Below, one piece after another: positions 37,595 to 48,276 of a DNA stretch of 64,000 nucleotides. Source of the stretch: Lepidodermella squamata (lineage: Eukaryota; Animalia; Gastrotricha). The position numbers and the translations under genes were made by a program. Below the pieces are notes generated by a model. It searched no databases. It was not told the DNA's origin and saw only the letters and a list, made by a program, of their open reading frames with translations. The stretch covers positions 3,224,001 to 3,288,000 of the forward strand of contig JBLDXI010000015.1 in NCBI GenBank assembly GCA_047495785.1, written 5' to 3'. Within the stretch, counting starts at the first letter, position 1. Every line of letters starts with the position of its first letter.

Positions 37595-38691
37595 GTCGAA
37601 AGCTGTCATTGTTTACAATTGCTTACCTGGCGTTGCGAAGAAGCGTATCGTTCAGAAGCGTAGACGAAGGCTCCCGGGGCAGTGGCAAATATTCTTTCGC
37701 GAAACCACAAGTTTTATGGCCTATTTCTTTGTCGAACGGGTGAGCTGATGCTGGCTAAGCCGTGGTCTTTGTGAATCTTCATTATTTTAGGCTGGGCTTT
37801 TTCGAAGTTTCAGCTCAGCACTCGTGTCATACCTGCGAAGATCAATCCACTCTAGTGATGAAGCTGACTGAAAAACGAGCAGTGGAGCCTATGTCGTTTC
37901 TGGGGCCCATGGACGCTGATGATTTCGAAGATAATGAAAGTGCTATTTCCGAAATTTCGGACGAGTGCCCTGATAGAGATTTCATCGCGAAGTTGGTCGC
38001 GAAATCTGACAGTGTTGAAAGTTATGCAGATGAATCCACTTCGAATGTGTCCGATGGTCCTGCCGTTGACCCGGATTTTTCAGTCGGCAGTGAATCCTGT
38101 CCCAAAAACGAAGATTTGGAGCCTCATTCCATTCAATTTACGTGTGAAGTTTGCGGCAATAGTTTCACCACTCGTCGAGAATTGTCGAAACACAACAGAG
38201 AGCGGCATCGTCACGAAGAACCTGTCCCCTTCAACAGTCCCAGGCGGTGCCAGCGATGCCTGAAAATTTTCAAAACCGAAATTGCTAATAAAAAGCACTG
38301 GATGATAAAGCAAGGAAAATGCGTTGATAGATCGCACTACTTCGAAGATTTTCTATGTAAATTCTGCGGAATTGCCTTGCGGAATGAGACTAAGCTTCTC
38401 GCCCACATTGACCGGTTCCATGCCGGGACCGGGAGGAAGAAGCCGAACGCGAAAAGGAACGAGGTAAAGGCGAGAACTTGCTTGTTTTGCGGGCTGGTTC
38501 TGGCGAAGGGCGAAAATCGAAGGCAACATGAATTGACTGTTCATAGAGCTGAAATGATGAGCAGACCTGATACAATCGCTTGTAGATTTTGTGAAAAAAT
38601 ATTCCGAGATGGTTGCGCTCTGGGTTTTCATCTAATTCATTGTTCTGCGTACAAATTATCCTTAGCGTTGAAACGTTGTTCGGATAATTGA
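37595..38691 (+). CDS. Zinc-finger paralog 5 with incomplete or degenerate N-terminal module
   Basis: Last exon QHSCHTC...VMKLTE plus five fingers. The upstream exon has only YNC; the start is not resolved. Confidence 0.6.
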
Positions 38692-38982
38692 TAAAATTTC
38701 ATGGCTAGGGTTTGAAATTGCGGTACTTTTATTTTCAGGAATTAATCATTAAATCAATAAGCGTTGTTTTAAATTCCTATTCTTTTGTCGAAATTTTTGA
38801 ATATTTCTTTGCTGACATTGTCTGATGAAATTCTCAGTTAGTAATAAAACAGACTCCAATCTCAAACTTTCTGAATAATAGTTCCCACTTCCCACTATTT
38901 TTAATTTTTATTCGAAAATTTAACCTCGTTCGCATGATTTATTGCGAATTTAACTATTCTTAGAGGTTTTTATTATTGGAAT

Positions 38983-39807
38983 ATGTCGAAACCTTTCTTG
39001 ATCCAAGCAATTTTCAGCGATCCTGCAAGTAAATCTGATCCGTAGGTTTCCGATTCGTGTAATTAATTTTTATTAAGGCTGTTTTTTTCTAGTCCCGATA
39101 CGTTGTTGCATTTGGAATGTGGAGCCTGTTGCAGCGAGCTGAAATCCCCGCCTGAGACTTTCGTGGCTATTTCAGCCGAGCCGTCGCATTTAATTGAAGA
39201 TATTTCAGCGAATAGTGAACAAATCCGGTGAGATCAAATCTTGGTTTCCCATATTTATAACTGTTTAACCTAATTTACAGTGATTATGGTTTCGCGAAAA
39301 TTGCATACGAATTTGCTTGTGTTGAGTGCTGCTGCAAATTTACTTTCGCCCTTGAGATAAAACCTGAGTGCTGTCATGAAACGTCTCGGAACGGTCAAAG
39401 CAGTCATGTCTCATTCAACGCTAATTTTGCGATGAGCAGCACAGGGTTAGTTTTTACTTCCTACGCACTGGTGAAAAATTTCTGTTTGATGATTATTCTA
39501 TAGTGGCGCCAAAGTTGGCTTCTCTCATAAATGTCCCCAATGTGATCAAGCTTTTCAATTAGCTTTCAAATTTTCGATCTTCTTCATGGAATGTCCTATT
39601 CCCTTTGTCAGCCTGGAAACCGAACGTGGCGCGGATGAGGAAAAGTTTGCTATCAAAATTTGTTGAATTGTTAATTGTGCTGAAATTATAGCGGTGAGGA
39701 ATTGACGTTCGACCTTGGAATTCGCTGCGGTCTTTGCTCCGATGACTCGCTTTTGATAATCGAAGTTTCCGAGAAAAAGTCATGTGCTGATCTGTTGTTT
39801 GATTCAG
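38983..39807 (+). CDS. 4xCxxC module, paralog 6 (N-terminal exons; finger exon possibly at 44553-44866)
   Basis: LECGAC / FACVEC / HKCPQC / GIRCGLC exons ending at a phase-1 donor, TCAG|GTTTGA. Confidence 0.65.
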
Positions 39808-40182
39808 GTTTGAATTATTTGAAAATATTTTCTATTGCGGTGAAGTTTACACAGCCATGCTGGGCATTTCTTGGGTCAGCAACGGAACCACTCTTAAGAG
39901 GTTTTTACCTCACCATATTCGATTTTCCATATGTCCAAGTTTCCATATTTTGGCATGTCCAGGCGATCCGGTGGCTATTTCCTAATCTTACCTAATAGTT
40001 GAGAATTACGCCATTTTTACTGATTGACCCTTGCATCTCGCATCTCTGGTTCGTTCCCTGGTCAAGCCACTTTCGTTTTTTCATGAACCAAGTCTGAGGA
40101 ACTGATAGATATGCACATACTATTGCTGATTCAGTTGGCGATCAATTAAGGATGCGGCCAATTCAAAGTTCGTCATCATTTT

Positions 40183-40377
40183 ATCGCTTCTCGGCCTTTT
40201 TGGCTATGATCAAAGTGTAGTATCTGTTCTTTGTAGTTTAATATCTACAACGGCCTCCATGTGGGGCCTACGATATTAGCCCTATTTTTGGCTAGCCGGG
40301 CGGGAGCAGCCAGCTTGCTGGACCCCGTCCACGAGTCGGCCCGGTATTGCAGTACCTCCGGGATTCGGCTCACCCCC
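40183..40377 (+). ncRNA. U2: U2 snRNA
   Basis: Full-length, with branch-point recognition GTAGTA, Sm site and loop IV. The 3' end is approximate. Confidence 0.97.
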
Positions 40378-40524
40378 TGAAACACGGGGGCATGAAACAA
40401 AAAACAAATATCTAGTCAACAGGCTTCTACCGCCTCTGAGTTCGCTTGTTGGTCGTAAAAATTGATTTGATCTGTTGAATTGAAGTGAATAAGGCAAGAA
40501 AATAGCGAACAAATCTGGAAAAAA

Positions 40525-40597
40525 TGGAGGATACGGGCGTCGATCCCGTTACCTCTCGCATGCTAAGCGAGCGCTCTACCATTTGAGCTAATCCCCC
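40525..40597 (-). tRNA. tRNA-Ala(AGC)
   Basis: Identical to 17724-17796. Confidence 0.97.
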
Positions 40598-41711
40598 GGC
40601 TTGAGTTTCTAAGAGTAGCTTTAATTTGACGACTTGCATCAGTTTAGCCGGTCACCGTGCATTGTCGCGTGTGACTTTGGTAGCACTTGTTGATGCGGTA
40701 CCGTGTTTTACGCTTCAAATGCATGTGTGGATTGACGTTTAAGCTGCAGACCGGGAACGGTCAACGTGTAAATATTGGCGAGGGAAAGTGAATTTTTGAA
40801 TTAAGCTATTGAATTGCTGTAAGGGTGGTGGCGGAGATACGAACGCTTTCCGCGTCTCACGCAGAGGCAGAACATGTCTAACGGCATTGTCATCTGACCG
40901 ACTTGAAAAGACGGCCAGGAAGAAGGGGATACTGGGAAAGCGACAGGGTAGAAATCCGGACGCGGTCGGACTTGTAGAATAGCTCAAAGTTCGTTGTTTG
41001 GAGCACTTCCGACGGCTAAGCTGAGCCTTCGCGGCAGAACAGTCCCGAAGGTGATGAAGGCTGCGCGGCTATCTTTGATTTCCGTTGGCTTGTGGTTTCC
41101 GTCGCCCGTTTGACGGCAAGCAAGTTTAAATACATGCTAATTCGGAAACGACGCCAGCAATCACTGCGATGCAACGCTGCCACCTCAGATTCAGTTGGTA
41201 CGGACTTGAGCTTTTTACATGTGTTCTCATGTGTTTGCCTGGTTGCTGTGCCGAGGCGCGCTGTAAAATTTGGCAGATTCAGCCTACTCGATGACATCCA
41301 TGTCGATGAAGCATTAATGAGCAGTCTCGACCGCGATTAAGAAGGGTTATTAAGGCTTTGCTGGGAACTTCCGGAAGCGCAGATGTTTCTCTTGGTTTTT
41401 CCTACCTTTTCTTCAATTTAACGACTTCGTCCGAGCCATCCTGGCTGGAATTTTCAGATTGAACGGAGGCCTCGGCCTTGACCCATGGCTTGACCCTACC
41501 TTAGACCTGTCCGTTATTGTGGATCAGCGTTGATTATTGTCACATTTAGCAAGATTAGCCGGACCCGTGCATCGCAGGATCGCCCCCCGATGATGCCATT
41601 TTCATTTTTTTATTAATCAGAACTAAATAGAAAATAGCTATGCAAATACTGTTGCTAATTTTGTTGACGATCGGCTGAGAACGCGGTCAATTCAAAGTTC
41701 GTCATCATTTT

Positions 41712-41906
41712 ATCGCTTCTCGGCCTTTTTGGCTATGATCAAAGTGTAGTATCTGTTCTTTGTAGTTTAATATCTACAACGGCCTCCATGTGGGGCCTAC
41801 GATATTAGCCCTATTTTTGGCTAGCCGGGCGGGAGCAGCCAGCTTGCTGGACCCCGTCCACGAGTCGGCCCGGTATTGCAGTACCTCCGGGATTCGGCTC
41901 ACCCCC
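41712..41906 (+). ncRNA. U2: U2 snRNA
   Basis: Identical full-length copy. Confidence 0.97.
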
Positions 41907-42103
41907 TGAAACATGGGGGCATGAAACTAAAAACAAAAATCGTAAAAAATGTATTCGATCTAGAATTTCTCAGACTTCATAATGACGGGATACGGAGGCC
42001 TCTTATATACAATCTGACGGATAGAATTAACGATTTAGTAATCCAATTTCTAATGCCAGATTTTATTAATCAAGAAAATCACATCGCAAGCGTTTCAGCG
42101 GCC

Positions 42104-43255
42104 TCATTGAAGCAAGCTGACAGCCACAACGGTACTATGTTTATCAACACTGAACAGCGTTTTGTTGTAATAGGCCCACTGAGCTCCAGTGCCATCAGCC
42201 AACACTGATAACCTGAACAGCTCATATAGCCCTTTGGTGTAAACTACTATGCCACTCGTTGTGCCCGAAATTATAACATCATTCGTGACAATTGTGTTGG
42301 CGACATACTTATCACCGCCTGTCAACTTAACGCTATAACCGACGGAACCATCTTTCAAGTTGTAGGCGTATATGCTCGTTTCACAGGTTCTGTAAGCATA
42401 AGTCGCACCTGCCGCAGATTTGTCGGCATATTTGCAATTGTCCTCCACCGCGTTGGTCGTGGTCCACATTGCAAGTTGAGAATCCATATTGACTGCTGTT
42501 GTTGTTGTGCTGTTGTTCATGACAATCAAGTTGTCGACAATAAGCAGCTGGGATGGCAAAAAGGAGTCTGTGATCCTTAGCGGGTAACGCCAAAGCGAAT
42601 GCCCGCTTCCCTTAGTGTCATACTCCCGGAGTGCTCCATCGTTCATGAAAGCGATCAGCCGCTGTTTGTTGGCCAGCCCGAGGATCACAGGGATAGCTTG
42701 GTTATCAGAATCGAAATGGCCCACTTTATTGCCCGTCATAAGGTCGAAAGCTAGAAGTCTTCCATCTTCTGACATATATGGCGCTGCCAATACCAGGTTG
42801 AGGGTAGAGCTGACCACTGGCTCGTAGAAGTAACCATCAACAGACCACATTACTTTACCCTCGGCCAGATTGACCGCGTAGAGTTTACCGGTACTGAAAG
42901 CTGAAATAAGGATTCCAGATTCGATCACGGTAAATCGCACCGGGACATTGGGAACTGCTGAGTCAATCACAAGCTCGAAAGCTATATATCCAGTTTCAGC
43001 TTGCATACCGAACAAAATACCGGCTGGGTTGACGTAATAAACGACGCCATTGTATACCAAGGGACGCTCATTAAGGCCTTGGATATCAGTGCCAGTAGGG
43101 AATCTCCACACTAGTTTAGCGCTGCGTACATTTCCTGTAGTTTCTGGTTGGAAATTCGCATGGGTGAAGTTGCCTCCAGTTGCGATCCAATCATTCGGTG
43201 CTGCTTGGATAGCAAGAGCAGCTTGAATTGCCAAGAGGGAAAGTGGAAGGATCAT
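42104..43255 (-). CDS. Secreted PQQ-binding-like (BamB-like) beta-propeller protein, intronless
   Basis: Signal peptide; WRFPTG..PLVYNGVVY, LYAVNLAEGKVMWS, LLAFDLMTG and IYAYNLKDGSV propeller repeats. TATAAATA at 43294-43301. Confidence 0.85.
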   Translation of the reverse strand: MILPLSLLAIQAALAIQAAPNDWIATGGNFTHANFQPETTGNVRSAKLVWRFPTGTDIQGLNERPLVYNGVVYYVNPAGILFGMQAETGYIAFELVIDSAVPNVPVRFTVIESGILISAFSTGKLYAVNLAEGKVMWSVDGYFYEPVVSSTLNLVLAAPYMSEDGRLLAFDLMTGNKVGHFDSDNQAIPVILGLANKQRLIAFMNDGALREYDTKGSGHSLWRYPLRITDSFLPSQLLIVDNLIVMNNSTTTTAVNMDSQLAMWTTTNAVEDNCKYADKSAAGATYAYRTCETSIYAYNLKDGSVGYSVKLTGGDKYVANTIVTNDVIISGTTSGIVVYTKGLYELFRLSVLADGTGAQWAYYNKTLFSVDKHSTVVAVSLLQ

Positions 43256-43943
43256 TTTCAAGATTTACTGTCAGAGTTCTGCTACCATTGAGCTATTTAT
43301 ATTAGGAACAAATGCGATTATTGTCGGTCAGGAATGCTTATCAGGACTTACATGTATAATGTCTGCACGCCCCTGTACTTTCCTCTCTAAGAATTTACAT
43401 TTATATCTGTTATATCTTTATACGTTGAACATCTATTTATAAACAAACTAGGTGAACAATTTTGTCACTTATATCGGTTAAAAATTATGTCGGTATGCCG
43501 GGTACGCTTTTTTAACCACGGACCACAAGGAATGGTATTAAATGTAAACATACTCAGCCCATCGTAATGTCCAGAGTGGATAAGCACTTCCCACCCATTC
43601 CCCACGCGGGGCGCTGCGACTGCAATAGCACAGGCCTAATCAACCAAGGCTGATAGACGTAGTAGCAAAATTGGCCCGACGGAACTATTATGGGCCAGGA
43701 ATTGAGTCGCAACAACAGTTTGTCGCGCGCGACAGAATTTTCTGTGCGTGCGCGCCGTTGGCGTCGACACACCCGCGACAGTCGCGCAGTCCCGGAGTCG
43801 ACTCTGCACGCACTCCAATAAGATTATTAATCGATCACGTGCGCACGAAAAGGCTCTACGCGCAATGCGCATATGCAAATGAGCGATGCGTGCGCCAAAT
43901 CGCTCATCGGAAGACCCCGGCACAAATTTTTAGTCTAGTAAGT

Positions 43944-44138
43944 ATCGCTTCTCGGCCTTTTTGGCTATGATCAAAGTGTAGTATCTGTTCTTTGTAGTTT
44001 AATATCTACAACGGCCTCCATGTGGGGCCTACGATATTAGCCCTATTTTTGGCTAGCCGGGCGGGAGCAGCCAGCTTGCTGGACCCCGTCCACGAGTCGG
44101 CCCGGTCTTGCAGTACCTCCGGGATTCGGCTCACCCCC
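43944..44138 (+). ncRNA. U2: U2 snRNA (loop IV variant, alternative upstream region)
   Basis: Full-length, with A>C at 44107. Confidence 0.95.
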
Positions 44139-44290
44139 TGAAACACGGGGGAATGAAACTAATAAAAACAAATATCTAGTAGAATGTTTCTAACGCCTCA
44201 GAGTTCGCTTGTTGGTCGTAAAAATTTATTTGATCGGATCCTTTGAAAGCCGAGGAAAAATCAAGAAAATATTGATGAAATCGGGAAAAA

Positions 44291-44363
44291 TGGAGGATAC
44301 GGGCGTCGATCCCGTTACCTCTCGCATGCTAAGCGAGCGCTCTACCATTTGAGCTAATCCCCC
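44291..44363 (-). tRNA. tRNA-Ala(AGC)
   Basis: Identical copy. Confidence 0.97.
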
Positions 44364-44552
44364 GGCTTAAGTTGAATTAACCTCAGGGTTGCTTTAAATT
44401 GACAGCTTAAACTCATTTTGCCAGCCGTTTAACCGTTCACATCGCCGTTTGTAGCTTTTGATATTACCCTGGTTCCTGACGGTTGAGATTTTAATAGGAA
44501 TCATGCGTTTATAAATGAGAGTCGCATTCTAATTGTAGTGTTTCTTATGCAG

Positions 44553-44866
44553 ACTTGGTTGAAAACGCCTGCCACGATGATTCATGGGAAGAGTTCAAAG
44601 CTAAGAGGTCTCTGTTGCCGAAACCATTCAACCAAGCTGTCATCCTGAAAAATCACCGCAAATTTCCTAAACAAGCCTGTCGATTCTGCGGGAAGGAAAT
44701 CAGCGTTAACGGTATTCACAAACACGAAATCAAGGCCCACGGCAACGAAATCGCCCAACTGCCAGGATCAGTTCGATGTGCCGAGTGCAGAAAAGCCTTC
44801 AAATCCGAACACGGCCTGGCTATGCACTCCAAAAAACTCCACTCAACGGCTCTATGCATGGAATGA
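44553..44866 (+). CDS. Orphan zinc-finger exon (two fingers, EIAQLPGS linker)
   Basis: Acceptor TTCTTATGCAG with an upstream CTAAT; no in-frame ATG before the fingers. Confidence 0.65.
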
Positions 44867-45092
44867 AAACGCAGTAACTTCGGGAAAAGGCGGGTCAATT
44901 TTGGAAAACCTGACGAGTCCAACGAGATCTATTCTAAATTTGCTGCACGATGATTGATTTTTACCCAAATTTGATGTTTTGCTTGAAGAATTTCTGTTGC
45001 ATGTTACTTTCATGTGAAGTACTAATAAACTCTCTGAATAACAATATTATTTCAGTTTCAACCCAATAATCGTAGGATTTTTATTGATTAAT

Positions 45093-45527
45093 ATGCTACT
45101 ATTTGTCAGATCTGATAAGGCTGCTTCAAAAAACAATCAGCCTTTCAAGTGCCAGTTTTGCGATTTCACCCATGTGACTAAGAAAGGAGTGTCGAAGCAC
45201 AGTCGAAGTTCTCATCCCAATGAAATTGCCAAGCTGCCGACTGCCGTGAAATGTCCATTTTGCGAAGTGGCTTTCCCGAACGCCTTGAGCTTGCGAAGTC
45301 ACTGCGCGGGAGCAGAGAAATGCCGTGGCCCTGAGAAACTGTGGAAATGTCGATTCTGCGATATGAGTTACAATGAATTTGGAAAAAGGAATAGCCATGA
45401 GCGCCTGAACCACCAAGAATTGTTCGGATCGCAACCTGGTGCGCTGCAATGTCCGAAATGCAAGGATTTCGCTTTGACTAAGCGAGGTCTGACCTGGCAC
45501 ATGAAAACTTGCGGGTTAGAATTGTAG
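45093..45527 (+). CDS. Small 4-finger protein (M-x-LFVR family), 144 aa
   Basis: Two C2H2-C2HC pairs; the ATG is conserved in 5 paralogs. Confidence 0.75.
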   Translation: MLLFVRSDKAASKNNQPFKCQFCDFTHVTKKGVSKHSRSSHPNEIAKLPTAVKCPFCEVAFPNALSLRSHCAGAEKCRGPEKLWKCRFCDMSYNEFGKRNSHERLNHQELFGSQPGALQCPKCKDFALTKRGLTWHMKTCGLEL

Positions 45528-45904
45528 TCTATAGCCCTGTAATCTGGCGGATGCGGTGGGTGTTTTAGCAATATGTATTATGCAATTATGCAATAAGCTT
45601 CGGTTCTGGATTCCTCTTTCGTCTTTTGTTTTCTTTCTTTTTCTATTGTCTGGGCACGACTAACGTTTGAAATTGCCAACGCTTGATTATATTGTCTACA
45701 ATAGGTTGTCTATTCCACCGCTATTTTTCACCCGGCGGCAATATTTTGCTAGACCTATGCATCTCAGGATCGACCCCTGATGAAGTCTCACTTTCGTTTT
45801 TTCATGAACCAAGTCCGAGGAACTGATTGATATGCAGATAGGGCTGCTGATTGTGTTGGCAATCGATTGAGGATGCGGTCAGCTCGAAATTCGTCATCCA
45901 TTTT

Positions 45905-46099
45905 ATCGCTTCTCGGCCTTTTTGGCTATGATCAAAGTGTAGTATCTGTTCTTTGTAGTTTAATATCTACAACGGCCTCCATGTGGGGCCTACGATATTA
46001 GCCCTATTTTTGGCTAGCTGGGCGGGAGCAGCCAGCTTGCTGGACCCCGTCCACGAGTCGGCCCGGTATTGCAGTACCTCCGGGATTCGGCTCACCCCC
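45905..46099 (+). ncRNA. U2: U2 snRNA
   Basis: Full-length, with C>T at 46019. Confidence 0.95.
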
Positions 46100-46399
46100 T
46101 GAAACACGGGGGCATGAAACTAAAAACGAAGGAACCCAGATTGTTTCTAGATCTTACATAAATGAGGGGTCACAATTTTGAATATTTCGTTTATTACCTG
46201 ACATTTTCAGATAAAATCCTGTCTTTCCGGCTTCGTTTTTGGAGGTAAGCGATTTGCGCCAAAAGATGCGCCTTGAAAAACTGCGTTATTCTAGTGTTGA
46301 TCGCGGTAAAAATATACCTAAACTTACACAGATATTCATATGTAACTGACTCTAATTTCGGACACAACTGGGGTAATTTCGGACTGCTTAATATGAATA

Positions 46400-47500
46400 C
46401 AGTAAAAGTTGTGTAAACCGGAGTCGTCTAAACCGGACTCTGTAAACCGGACTTTTCCTAATTCGGAGCGATTTTAGACGTGGGAAGGTTAAAAAGTCCG
46501 GTTTAGACCATTTTTTCCGTGGTTTTCGCCATTTTCAAAGCATTTGGAACCTGGGTTTTCCGAGGCGTTAACTTTGGTGTTGTTTATGAATGACAGCCAA
46601 AGCTTGGATGATCCACTGCGCCACCTCCGCTTATGAAATACGATGACGATTAACTCCTACCCAACTGCTTTTTTATAAACAATTTTGAGAACCACATTTG
46701 CATTGGATAGTTACTGGGTGCTATACGATATCACTTGTTACCCGATCTAATTGATCAGTGACTACCTAAATCAAGGTAATAGTTTGGGATTTTTGGGATA
46801 AAGCGCCCCATCCCAAATGAAAAAGTGCCGGTTAAAAAGTTGGCTGAATCTAGCCGAAACATATTGTTCGACATAGTTCGTTATGAAACGAATCCTAAAA
46901 AATGCAGACTCAGGTTCCCATACAGGGTGGCCAAAAAATTCCGCAGAAGGCGAATTCGATGCGCATCGATTTAATGAGGGGTTTCAAAAAATTGAGGAGT
47001 TCCATTGGCAAAAGAATGCTTGAAATTCCTCAACTTCTTAAAACTCCTCATTAAATCGATGCGCATCGAATTCGCCTTCTGCGGAATTTTTTGGCCACCC
47101 TGTAGATAAAAGTTATCTATGCAGGTTACGATATGAGGTATTAGTTCGACCAAGCACAATTATGTCAAAAATTGTTAGGCCACGTTCGTCCACGCCCGAA
47201 ATCGTTTGATCACATCTCAATACGTTCGCCCACGTTCGACCATGCAACCGTGCTTCGACTAGGTTCGGCTAAACAAAATTTATTCGACCAGGTTCGAACT
47301 GGTGCCGATGGGGCAGGAAATATAATTTGATTTTCATTTCTTAAATCTGCTATTAACCGTAATTAATCGTTATCTAAGCGCAAATTTAGACTTTGATTTC
47401 CTAAGCCGGACCAAGTCCGGTGGTCGTTTAGACCGGATTTGCTATAAACCGGACGATTTTGCCTGGCGCGCTGCCAGTCCGGTTTACACGACTTTTACTG
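46400..47500. mobile_element. Nested Tc1/mariner-type element
   Basis: TA-CAGTAAAAGTTGTGTAAACCGGA...TCCGGTTTACACGACTTTTACTG-TA. Confidence 0.85.
46923..47102. mobile_element. Innermost mariner-type MITE, 180 bp
   Basis: TA-CAGGGTGGCC... with essentially perfect TIRs of about 55 bp ...GGCCACCCTG-TA. Confidence 0.92.
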
Positions 47501-48012
47501 TATTTAGATTAGGGCCAAATTTCACATTATAGCGAGATGAAATTTGTGATCATATTTTTTAATTGTCCGTAGTTTGCAGCTGTCCGAAATTACCCGCGAC
47601 AAAATTTGTTTTCTAAGCATTTCCTGATCAACATTTAAGTTTAAATTTGGTTCAACATACCAGCATTACTACATCGATGGTGCTCTATCGTTTCCACTTC
47701 TCTCTAACAAAAAATACCTACTTGGTGAAAAGTTAGTAATATTGGGTCGCGGGACATGACTGCGAAGGAGTTGGACTATTATTCTTTTTAATGTTTCCGG
47801 TGTCATTTGAAAGGCAAGACTCGGGCTATCTTCTGTATTTTGAACGGTCTCTATATTCGCCCCGGTTGATGAGAAACTTAATTTCGATGTCAAAAGTGTC
47901 CGAAATTACCCTGTCCGAAATAAGATCAGCTTACGGTACAAATAAACTTGCTATTAACAATAATATTTCAATTTTTATCGCATTGATCGTAGAAATATTA
48001 CTCATCAATATC

Positions 48013-48276
48013 ATGGTACTATTTGTCAGACATGCGAAGGCGGCCTCTAAAAGCGATGAGCCTTTCAAGTGTCAATTTTGTGATTTCACTCATGCAAGTA
48101 AGAAAGCGGTGTCGATACACATTCGAAGTTCTCATCCTGATGAAGTTGCCAAGCTGCCGAATGCTGTCAAATGTCGATTTTGTGATGCCGGTTTCCGTGA
48201 CCTTGTAAGTTTGCAAGGTCACTGCGCAGTGGCTTGCCGCGGTCCTGAAGCAAGCAGTGTCGATTCTACGATCTGA
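48013..48276 (+). pseudogene. Truncated/frameshifted small 4-finger paralog
   Basis: First finger pair is intact; deletions after CRGPE shift the frame, with remnants to about 48410. Confidence 0.7.

Larger units (their letters stand above)
46341..47936. mobile_element. Outer pogo-like non-autonomous element
   Basis: TAATTTCGGAC...GGGGTAATTTCGGAC on the left and GTCCGAAATTACCCTGTCCGAAAT...TTACGG-TA on the right. Confidence 0.65.

Noticed and set aside
45790-45904. Minus-strand frame starting just upstream of U2 (MDDEFRADRILNR / MTNFELTA), faintly chromodomain-like
   Set aside because: Stops occur in both frames in several copies. Conservation is explained by promoter function and shared descent.
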